Source: an uncultured Candidatus Saccharibacteria bacterium (GTDB lineage: Bacteria; Patescibacteriota; Minisyncoccia; Phycocordibacterales; UBA9973). Taken from it: 64,000 nucleotides of DNA. Below the pieces are notes generated by a model. That model saw nothing but the letters and a program-made list of their open reading frames with translations. It had not been told where the DNA came from and ran no database searches. Location of the stretch: positions 205,744-269,743 of the forward strand of contig CAZBZO010000001.1 of the NCBI GenBank assembly GCA_964496425.1, given 5' to 3'. This document shows, one piece after another, positions 56,427 to 64,000 of this stretch. A program made the position numbers and the translations under genes. Each line of letters starts with the position of its first letter. Position 1 is the first letter of the stretch.

Positions 56427-56455
56427 AGTATAGCATCTTTAAACTGTTTTGTCAA
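56427..56455 (-). promoter_or_regulatory. near-consensus sigma70 promoter facing the Ubl unit
   Basis: Minus strand TTGACA (56455-56450), 17 nt, TATACT (56432-56427), with an extended -10 TG. Confidence 0.75.
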
Positions 56456-56627
56456 CAATACAGATCAATTATATTTAAAATTGTTATTTTTCTCAATAAA
56501 ATAAGGCTAGAATAGTTATGCACATTGTCATATTTGCGTGACAAAACACAATAATGTAGAATTCTAGGGTGAATCAGTTGCTGTATTAAAAATCTAAAAT
56601 CCCTGCCTGCGCAGGCAGATAGAATCT

Positions 56628-57380
56628 ATGCAAAGTGAAAACATCCTAATCCAAGCCGGACTCTCAGAAGAACAAGCCCTCGTTTACGAGGCTTTGCTTG
56701 AAAAGGGTCCGCAAAAAGCCTCGCCGCTATCGAGCTGGACGGGGATAAAGCGCTCTTTGATCTATAAGATTTTGGAACAGCTGGAAACTATGGGGCTGGT
56801 GGAGAAAAAAGGGGGACCGGGGACAGTGGCAGTATTTTCGCCACTTCATCCTTCACTTCTCATGCACGACCTGGAGCGCAAAGAAAAGGAGCTGGCGCTC
56901 GCAAAAGATATGCTCACGCACTCCTTGGGCACGCTTTCATCGAAATACAATCTGATTGCCGGAAAACCCAATGTGCAGTTTTATGAGGGGAAGGAAGCGA
57001 TCGCACAAGTGACCAATGAATTTCCAAAAAATGAAAAAGAAATTCGCCAGTTTATAAATATCGGACGAGCTATGGAACAATTTCCAGATGAAACTGTTGG
57101 CCATCTCCATCAGCGTATAAAGGCCGGTATCTCTAAAAGAATGATCGTGCCGGATACTGAGCCTAATCGTGCATATGTGAAAAAGGGAAGTGAGCTCACT
57201 GAATTTAGATTTATTAAAAATGTGCTTCCGACCGCTGTCCAAATATATGATGATAAAGTGAGTATGCTGACCCTTACTCCTGAAAAAGTAGTCGGGCTGG
57301 TGATCGAGGACAGTGCTATTTCAGAAACGTTTAAAATGCTCTTCGACGAGTATTGGGAGCGTGTAGCAAAACCGCTGTAA
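56628..57380 (+). CDS. TrmB-family transcriptional regulator
   Basis: GLSEEQALVYEALL, GIKRSLIYKILEQLETMGLVE, PNVQFYEGKEAI, QIYDDKV, LFDEYW. Confidence 0.9.
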   Translation: MQSENILIQAGLSEEQALVYEALLEKGPQKASPLSSWTGIKRSLIYKILEQLETMGLVEKKGGPGTVAVFSPLHPSLLMHDLERKEKELALAKDMLTHSLGTLSSKYNLIAGKPNVQFYEGKEAIAQVTNEFPKNEKEIRQFINIGRAMEQFPDETVGHLHQRIKAGISKRMIVPDTEPNRAYVKKGSELTEFRFIKNVLPTAVQIYDDKVSMLTLTPEKVVGLVIEDSAISETFKMLFDEYWERVAKPL

Positions 57381-57382
57381 AA

Positions 57383-59554
57383 TTAGGCTGCTTGTTGCAG
57401 TCGATCTTTTTGCCATTTAGTGATTTTAATAACTTCTACACCAAGTGGAGTATAGTCAGAATTTGTTCCAATCTCCTCAAACCCGAATGATTCTCTGTAT
57501 GTGTCGCGCATCGGGTTTTGGGCGTATACGTCGGCTTCGAAGTCACCTTCGCTTGTATATTCTTCGATTACTTTGCGTAAAAGTTCGGTGCCGACACGCG
57601 AACCTTTGATGAGTGGATTTACGTTGAACGATGCTCCGTAAAAGGATCCGTCCGCGCGGCGCAGAACGCGCATAGATGCAATAACTTCGCCTTTGAGCTT
57701 GACGGTATCGATGACTTCATTTTCCTTTGGATTTTCGAGCGCGTCTTTTTGAGTACCAAGCCACTTTTCTCGGAGAGCTTCGGGGTATTGTTTTGTATTT
57801 TCTATCGCCATAGCAATGATCTCATTTTTATTCTGCTCTGACATCAGGGAAGCATTTTCGTGAGAAAGCTCGATATCCTTAAAATCTTCGAACGAGAATG
57901 TCTTTTGTTCTACAAGTGATTTACAAGCAGCCGCGAAGACAATAGTGGAAGTTTTGATGTCAGCCATTTTTTGCTCCAATTCCTTTCCAAGCGCGATACA
58001 ATCTTCTCCGGTGCATTTTTGTGCCGGTGCAGCATATATTTCAAGTAATTTTTTTCCGCGTAGTAGCAGATGCTCTTTTGTTTTATCAATGAGTTCCGGC
58101 GTCATTTTCGCAGACAGATTTTCTTGCATGTATGTTTCGACTGAGCTCACTTCGTCAATAATTTCCCCATACTTTTTAAAAAGTATTTCCGCGGATTCTG
58201 TCGGAAGCTTTTCTCCAAGGGTGAGGATCTTGTCGCCCATTGATTCATCACCGGACATTGAGAGGAATGATTTGAGGTAATTTTGGTTAATCTCCTGTTT
58301 GTTACCCTTAAGCTGACCTTCTAATTTTGTGAATGTCGCTTCATCTGATTCTGACAAAAATCGTAAAAATTGTATCTGCTCACGTAGGTACAAGTCCTCA
58401 AGATGTATACCTAGTCTTTTGTTGACGTAGTCTCTGATTTCTGGACTATGAAGGACTTTTATTAAATGCGAAAAATCTTCTTTTCCTAATGGATTGAAGA
58501 TTTTGTTTTCAGTGAGACCCTCGTAGCTTTGCAACTCGATGCTTCTTTTTGATGTATTTTTTATTTCTGTAGTCTCCACCAGTGCATATGGAGTGTAGGT
58601 TGCTCTCGAAATGATACTTCCATATTCTTTTGAAACTTTGGAATATAAGATGTTTTCCAAATCAGGAACGATTGAATTTGAATTAAAAAATTCCGTGCTC
58701 TCTTTTGTTACCTTTTCTCTAATCATACTGATTTCATTATTAACGGGGTATGGTTTGTCATCATCCTCGGAATCTGGGGTAGAATAGACACCTCCATCAA
58801 ACTCGCTCACAATTCCAGTATTATTCTCTATTTTTTTCAATTCGAAATCTGAAATAAACTTGACGAGTGGACTCTTTTCATTTTTACGAAGTTCTAGTAG
58901 AAGTTTAACAACTGCTTTATATGCTGGTTCTGCCCACTCTCCATTCCCATGTGCCCACAATGCAGTAGTGGAAAGCTGCTTAATTGCGCTAATTTTGCTC
59001 GAACTACTCAGATTTTTTACATTTTCCTTAAATTTTTCTATACGCTCCCCATTTGCCCACGAAAGATCAAGGGTGAGTTCTCCTTGAGTACTGACAATAT
59101 TTCTTAGACCGTACGTTTCATTTATTTTTGAAAATGCAATGAGTTGGTAGATACGGTCAGTTTTTAAATATTCTAGCGCGTCGGGCGAACGACCGAAATA
59201 CAAATTATTAAGGTTTTCGTAAAAACTTTGCGCCTTGTTTTTTTCGTAATCCTTTTTGAAAATGAGCTTATTGCAAAACTCAATGAGTTCGTCAGCGAAG
59301 ATTTTTACCAATCCTGTTTGTTCCTTAGATATATATTGGGTTTCGTTCGGGAATAATTTTTCAACCATTTCATGCATCGGGTCATTGAAAAAGCCTCTGG
59401 ATGTATCGGAATTATTACTCCATAGTTCCTGTATGTGCGTTTTAACCCACGCACTAAAAAATTTCTTCTTTTCTTGAGGTGTCATTTCTAGATTTTCAGA
59501 TGGTTTTGAAATACTAGGTTCACCGACAGGAGATGGCTGATCTGCAAATTTCAT
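57383..59554 (-). CDS. large protein with C-terminal GNAT acetyltransferase domain
   Basis: GEVIASMRV, FNVNPLIKGSRVGTELL (acetyl-CoA loop), YRESFGFEEIG; start uncertain. Confidence 0.72.
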   Translation of the reverse strand: MKFADQPSPVGEPSISKPSENLEMTPQEKKKFFSAWVKTHIQELWSNNSDTSRGFFNDPMHEMVEKLFPNETQYISKEQTGLVKIFADELIEFCNKLIFKKDYEKNKAQSFYENLNNLYFGRSPDALEYLKTDRIYQLIAFSKINETYGLRNIVSTQGELTLDLSWANGERIEKFKENVKNLSSSSKISAIKQLSTTALWAHGNGEWAEPAYKAVVKLLLELRKNEKSPLVKFISDFELKKIENNTGIVSEFDGGVYSTPDSEDDDKPYPVNNEISMIREKVTKESTEFFNSNSIVPDLENILYSKVSKEYGSIISRATYTPYALVETTEIKNTSKRSIELQSYEGLTENKIFNPLGKEDFSHLIKVLHSPEIRDYVNKRLGIHLEDLYLREQIQFLRFLSESDEATFTKLEGQLKGNKQEINQNYLKSFLSMSGDESMGDKILTLGEKLPTESAEILFKKYGEIIDEVSSVETYMQENLSAKMTPELIDKTKEHLLLRGKKLLEIYAAPAQKCTGEDCIALGKELEQKMADIKTSTIVFAAACKSLVEQKTFSFEDFKDIELSHENASLMSEQNKNEIIAMAIENTKQYPEALREKWLGTQKDALENPKENEVIDTVKLKGEVIASMRVLRRADGSFYGASFNVNPLIKGSRVGTELLRKVIEEYTSEGDFEADVYAQNPMRDTYRESFGFEEIGTNSDYTPLGVEVIKITKWQKDRLQQAA

Positions 59555-59720
59555 ACCTCGATTGTACACCCCCACTCCTCAAATGCCCATAGGTTTTCAT
59601 ATTTTGTGTGACAAAAGGGGACAGGAAGTACCACATGAAAGTCTTTGCGTTCGGGCTAGTGGTTATTGCTAAAGATTGGGAAAGCCTATAGAATGCGGGC
59701 GAACTCAAATCTACCGAACT

Positions 59721-60119
59721 ATGCAGAAAAATGTAACAGTACTTTTCGTAGGCTACAAAGGCTACGAGCCAAATTGGGGAGTATTTGCCCAAGCCCTACT
59801 TCGGAAAACTTCCTTGGTAAAAATTGAGGCAGTAATTTTTGATCCAACGATAGGATATTTAGTTTCGATGATTGATCGAAATCCTGCTGTTGGGGTGATT
59901 TTTGACCCTGAGATTCCGGTTGATATTCTCGAAGAGTATCTTCGGAACAGATATACAGAGAAAAAAATTACATTGACGTATGGCCGGCCCAGCGTAATGA
60001 ACGGGAAAAGGCAGAAGTTGCAGGATCTGGGTAGGGATACTTTTGAAATGTATGCCACTGATAGTGAGGTAGTACTTCGTCTCACCAGTAACGAACTCAT
60101 TGATGCTTTGACGCACTGA
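59721..60119 (+). CDS. hypothetical protein
   Basis: ORF followed by a terminator-like hairpin AAGGCGGGAAATA...TATTTCCCGCCTT. Confidence 0.55.
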   Translation: MQKNVTVLFVGYKGYEPNWGVFAQALLRKTSLVKIEAVIFDPTIGYLVSMIDRNPAVGVIFDPEIPVDILEEYLRNRYTEKKITLTYGRPSVMNGKRQKLQDLGRDTFEMYATDSEVVLRLTSNELIDALTH

Positions 60120-60199
60120 ATATTAAAGGCGGGAAATAGAAATATTTCCCGCCTTGCTTTTTTATACTGGCTTGCGATCATAGAGAAAACACTTCTTTT

Positions 60200-60649
60200 A
60201 TGAAAGCAATAACAATTACAGGCACTGATCACGGACCTTCTTCGACTGAAGGTATTGTGATCGTTAAAAATGAGTTTGATACATATTGTTTCCGAGTTGG
60301 GGATGAGAAAACATATGAACAGGTGAATTTTAATAAGATGTGCCCTCCTGAAATTGAATTACGAGATGATCTTAAAATAATCACAAGCATTCAATTTGTT
60401 CGAAGGGATAATCCCACAACTGGAAAATATTTTTTCCTGGTTGTAGAGCCAAAAAATCCAAACGAAGAAGGAATGGTCGTTCTCCTCAACAATGCACATA
60501 TCCTTAAAGGAATAAGCTCTAACTACAAAATTCTCATAGAAATTAACACGTCGTACCTTATCTTACTCCTTAGAAAACATAGAGTGCGATTCAAGATTGG
60601 GGAAGAGGTATGGATTATCCGTAATTCTCTCGTCTCGAGAGAATCCTGA
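60200..60649 (+). CDS. hypothetical protein
   Basis: 149-aa ATG ORF followed by hairpin ATCTCCGTAGTTT..AAACTACGGAGAT. Confidence 0.55.
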   Translation: MKAITITGTDHGPSSTEGIVIVKNEFDTYCFRVGDEKTYEQVNFNKMCPPEIELRDDLKIITSIQFVRRDNPTTGKYFFLVVEPKNPNEEGMVVLLNNAHILKGISSNYKILIEINTSYLILLLRKHRVRFKIGEEVWIIRNSLVSRES

Positions 60650-60753
60650 CCCAAGCGTAATCTCGTATCTCCGTAGTTTTATAAACTACGGAGATTGTTT
60701 TATATACGAAGTATGTTAGTATAGAAGGGTTTTTAAGGCGCAACGGGTTAATT

Positions 60754-60831
60754 TCGGTAGCCCTAAAGGATTGCGATTTTAACAATCCAAGTACGGATTA
60801 AAAAATCGGTAGCCCTAAAGGATTGCGATTT
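60754..60831 (+). repeat. 26-bp direct repeat pair
   Basis: TCGGTAGCCCTAAAGGATTGCGATTT at 60754-60779 and 60806-60831. Confidence 0.9.
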
Positions 60832-60922
60832 CTACAGTTTCTTTTGAAACTAAGAAATCGGGAATATCTCGGTAGTATGCATGTTTTGGGGATATTTTTC
60901 ATTGTTAATTTAACATCTAGGT

Positions 60923-60993
60923 CGGGGCGTAGTATATCGGTAGTATGCATGTTTTGGGAACATGAGGGCCGAGTTCGATTCTCGGCGCCCCGA
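60923..60993 (+). tRNA. tRNA-Pro(TGG)
   Basis: CGGGGCG/CGCCCCG acceptor, CATGT-TTTGGGA-ACATG anticodon arm, GTTCGATTC. Confidence 0.94.
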
Positions 60994-61089
60994 CCTAGGT
61001 GTGAAAAGAAAAATATCCGGATGTTTGGGGGAACATCCGCGGAAATTTCGAGAAGAAATTTATGAGGGCCGAGTTTGCCCCTACTCCTT

Positions 61090-61160
61090 GCGGGATTAGT
61101 TAAATGGTATAACTCTAGTTTTCCAAACTAGTGTCGGGGGTTCGATTCCCCCATCCCGCA
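61090..61160 (+). tRNA. tRNA-Gly(TCC)
   Basis: GCGGGAT/ATCCCGC acceptor, CTAGT-TTTCCAA-ACTAG anticodon arm, GGTTCGATTCC. Confidence 0.95.
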
Positions 61161-61209
61161 CATAAAACACTTAGCCCGGATGCATAGCATTCGGGTTTTA
61201 GTGTTTTAC

Positions 61210-61326
61210 TGCGGTATGGGAATCGAAAGACGGAGGCCGCGAAGCCGTCCGAAGGACGTGGTCGAGTCGGGGTCGAGAAATTTTTATGAAATAAAAAATA
61301 TTCGTAACCTATTCCCCCATCCCGCA
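61210..61326 (+). repeat. tRNA-trailer element (divergent copy after tRNA-Gly TCC)
   Basis: Antisense TGCGGTATGGGAATCGAA 61210-61227 and a 16-nt direct copy of the tRNA 3' end at 61311-61326. Confidence 0.75.
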
Positions 61327-61447
61327 ATTTCCCAAGCAAAAAGCCGCCGGATAGGTTGCGGCGACTTTTTGACTCTCGAGAAAATTCTTTGAGCTATTTT
61401 GCTTCTCGCTTTGCTCGAAGTAAATAATCCTATTTTCTCTAACGGAA

Positions 61448-61720
61448 TTATTTAACAGCGTCTTTGAGTGCTTTTGCTGCGCGAAACTTCGGTACGCGTG
61501 TTGCTGCGACCTTGACCGCTTCACCAGTTTTTGGATTGCGAGCCATGCGAGCAGCGCGGTTCTTCACTGAGAAGATACCCAAGCCTGCGATTGAAACTTC
61601 ACCACCTTTCTTCAAAGTGCCGATAATAGCTTCGATCAAACCGTCCACAACCTCTTCAGCGCCTACTTTGGTACCTCCGATTTTGCCATGGACCCATTCT
61701 ACCAATGCTTGTTTGTTCAT
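61448..61720 (-). CDS. hup: DNA-binding protein HU
   Basis: MNKQAL, VSIAGLGIFSV, RAARMARNPKTGE, PKFRAAKALKDAVK. Confidence 0.97.
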   Translation of the reverse strand: MNKQALVEWVHGKIGGTKVGAEEVVDGLIEAIIGTLKKGGEVSIAGLGIFSVKNRAARMARNPKTGEAVKVAATRVPKFRAAKALKDAVK

Positions 61721-61945
61721 AAGAAAGCGTTTTGCTTTATTTTACTAATGAGCTCGACCGCTTTTGCTAGCTTTTAGGCGAAAGGCGTAAAAGCTTAGAA
61801 ACTATAGATAGTATAGCGCTCAGGCTTTTTTTGGCAAGGTTTTACAGGGTTTCTCAAGATTTGACCAAAAGCTCCAAAAATGGTAGAGTTTTGACAAATT
61901 TCAGACAAATTTCATCTTTTTCACGCATCCAACCCCCTCTTTCAC

Positions 61946-62461
61946 ATGAAAAACTTGCTTATAGTACTCACCTTTTTATTTTTTTCGATCACTGCTCATG
62001 CACAGCAAACAGAGATCATAAAAAAAGCTTCATTTTTTTATGATAACGATACTATGATCATAGAGCACTCCGAGGAATTGATTTCTGGAGAGAATAGACA
62101 ACTTTCTCTTATGATATTTGTATATATAGGATATGTTGACCAATATCAAGATTTAGAGAAGGAAATTAAAGAAATTAAAAATTCTTCCGACAAAGATGCA
62201 TCTCCTCCATCCAAAACCCTTATTCGATTGAGCGAGGAGATAAGCCATGTTGTAGATGGCATGGAAGGAACAATTCAAACTATGGCAAAATCAGTAGATC
62301 CTAATGCTCAATCGGTATACTGTATTAAATTTACTTCAGAGATTGACCCTTCTTTTACTATCGAATCCGTTTCTTATAGAAACAGAATGGAAGAGATGAT
62401 AGAAGGTATTGTCGACCTTCTGAAAAAGAAACAACAGGTTCTACCGGTTGTGAAGTCATGA
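61946..62461 (+). CDS. hypothetical exported protein
   Basis: Signal peptide MKNLLIVLTFLFFSITAHA/Q. Confidence 0.6.
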   Translation: MKNLLIVLTFLFFSITAHAQQTEIIKKASFFYDNDTMIIEHSEELISGENRQLSLMIFVYIGYVDQYQDLEKEIKEIKNSSDKDASPPSKTLIRLSEEISHVVDGMEGTIQTMAKSVDPNAQSVYCIKFTSEIDPSFTIESVSYRNRMEEMIEGIVDLLKKKQQVLPVVKS

Positions 62462-62477
62462 AATGCCTTTTAATCCT

Positions 62478-62519
62478 TAAACCCAGCTTTTGTCTAAAAC
62501 GACTAAAGCTGGGTTTTTT
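62478..62519. terminator. bidirectional terminator
   Basis: AAACCCAGCTTT...AAAGCTGGGTTT between convergent genes. Confidence 0.75.
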
Positions 62520-62525
62520 ATTTGT

Positions 62526-63269
62526 CTATTTTGTCTCCCACAAGAGGAGAAACATACTCTTTTGCATTTCGATAATACTTTTATTTTCTATGACAATTGT
62601 CACGAGGGGCTCGCGGAGCTGAAACATTACCAGTTTATATGGCGTGACGACCAGATCGACATGGATGTCGGCTTCGGCGGGCAATATTTTTACACTTTCG
62701 TTAAAGTTTCTCTCTGTAGTTTTCCTTTTTTGTGCAGCCGGACTATCAGTAAAGAGAAGTTTGGTCTCGACGCGCATACTAGCGCGGCGTTCGACGTGGT
62801 TTTTTATAAAAAAGTCTTCATCGAGATGCTGCCACTCGGCAATATTTGAAATAGCATAATAAAAATCATGCGGGCGGAAATCTTTTAATAAATCATCATA
62901 AATATTTTTGATCGCCGGCAAGCCCTCATAATATTTGATGGTGCTTTCTGTGCCTTTTAGATGAAATAAGCCTTCAAGTTCAGGAATCATGCGTGACAAG
63001 AGCGCACGCTTGTTCTCTAGTGCATTCTCAAGTCGCTCGGGATGCTCTGGTGCATATAAGGTTTTGAGGCCATGTACTTCTTTTTTCATCAAACCTTTAC
63101 GCTCAAGTGCCGTGATAATCTCATATACCGTGGTGCGCTTGATTTCTGAGTGCTTAGATAGCTTGAGCACGGTGGTAGGACCCAAAGAAAGGGAAGCTAA
63201 ATAGACTTTTGCTTCGGCTTCTTCGAGTCCAAATTCCTCCAAAGTGCTAAGTAATTTGTCGTTTTTCAT
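62526..63269 (-). CDS. TrmB-family transcriptional regulator
   Basis: FGLEEAEAKVYLASL, IKRTTVYEII, IKYYEGLPAI, IENKSI, MFLLLWE. Confidence 0.9.
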   Translation of the reverse strand: MKNDKLLSTLEEFGLEEAEAKVYLASLSLGPTTVLKLSKHSEIKRTTVYEIITALERKGLMKKEVHGLKTLYAPEHPERLENALENKRALLSRMIPELEGLFHLKGTESTIKYYEGLPAIKNIYDDLLKDFRPHDFYYAISNIAEWQHLDEDFFIKNHVERRASMRVETKLLFTDSPAAQKRKTTERNFNESVKILPAEADIHVDLVVTPYKLVMFQLREPLVTIVIENKSIIEMQKSMFLLLWETK

Positions 63270-63402
63270 AATTTTGTCGAAATATTCGACAACAATATTT
63301 TACTATATCTAAAACATAAAACCTACTTTTTCGAACTTTTGTCGACGTTTGTGACAGAAACATAAATTCGTGGCATAATTTTCTGGAACAAAATTTAAAA
63401 AC

Positions 63403-64000
63403 ATGAAAAAGATTTCTTTTCGTTCACCGGAACTAACCCCGGAATATTTTAGTACGCTCGGTGTCATTCATGATCACTTCGATGGCACAGGAGACCCTGA
63501 TCGTATTAGTACAGCATTGCTCCAGCCACTTTCAAAAAAAGGCAATTGGAGCAAAATTAATTACGTTGAAGAATTTATCGCAGGTCCGGAGCGTGCGCTT
63601 TTACCTCTGGTGTACCAATCGCATACGCCTAAGATTGCTGGAGAAGAAACAATTGATTTCTTTACAACCACTTCCCATAACGATCGTGCTGATGTGGTGA
63701 ATTTTTTAAATAGTTTGCTCTTTGCAAACTTCACTCGCCATGCAGTCGGCATGATTGAATGTGAACAGGTGATTGGAGTATTAAAACATGGACAAGAGGA
63801 ATGGCTTCCGAATAAAAAACGAATTGCAATTATTCGGCCCGAAGAAGTTAATCTCATTCCAAGTCGAACCTTATCAAATGAGATCCATTGGGGATTTAAC
63901 ATTTCTAAGAACATGTTTCGGTTGTCACTCAATCACTTAGGTGAATACCTGACCATGCACAAAGTAATGTTCGGTGGTCTGTTCTTATTTGACCGCGGAG
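63403..64000 (+). CDS. hypothetical protein (partial, runs off window)
   Basis: Hand translation open from ATG 63403 to the window end: MKKISFRSPELTPEYFSTLGVIHDHFDG...; divergent from TrmB. Confidence 0.65.
   Translation, partial: MKKISFRSPELTPEYFSTLGVIHDHFDGTGDPDRISTALLQPLSKKGNWSKINYVEEFIAGPERALLPLVYQSHTPKIAGEETIDFFTTTSHNDRADVVNFLNSLLFANFTRHAVGMIECEQVIGVLKHGQEEWLPNKKRIAIIRPEEVNLIPSRTLSNEIHWGFNISKNMFRLSLNHLGEYLTMHKVMFGGLFLFDRG

Noticed and set aside
60754-60831. 26-bp repeat with a 26-bp spacer as a mini CRISPR array
   Set aside because: Only two units, no cas genes in the window, and the repeat start matches neighbouring tRNA-derived fragments.
61939-61954. Additional parS at CTTTTCACATGAAAAA
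   Set aside because: The outer GT/AC positions are missing; too degenerate and isolated.
1-64000. Alternative genetic code (UGA=Gly)
   Set aside because: Core genes are full length under code 11, and several ORFs end in TGA directly before terminator hairpins.

Overview
Origin-proximal 64 kb of a small-genome bacterium, most likely Patescibacteria/CPR (Parcubacteria-like). This is inferred from gene content and order and from the mostly A/T-rich translation starts; the standard code 11 applies, since TGA is used as a stop. The window contains dnaN'-oriC-dnaA / rpmH-rnpA-yidD-yidC-jag and the CPR-type T4SS-like cluster (pilin-SLT fusion, VirB4, PrgI, VirB6-like). It also contains rsmA, pcrA, four large orphan proteins, LysM-M23, comM, dksA-like, pnp, NYN, rpsO, xer, xth, cca, four tRNAs, yraN, hup and two TrmB regulators. 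The main signals worth follow-up are: (1) a leftward ~6.6 kb accessory unit (49.9-56.5 kb) with a near-consensus promoter, an ~860-nt ORF-free structured RNA, and a complete E2-JAB-E1-tandem-Ubl ubiquitin-like conjugation operon, with more structured spacers between genes; (2) a structured RNA element downstream of three tRNA genes that carries a tRNA-specific antisense copy of that tRNA's own 3' end, with a covarying core in two copies; (3) five parS-like palindromes inside the cca coding sequence; (4) a free-standing ~380-nt promoter-to-terminator candidate ncRNA at 44.3-44.7 kb. All calls come from reading the sequence by eye; no searches or folding programs were run.
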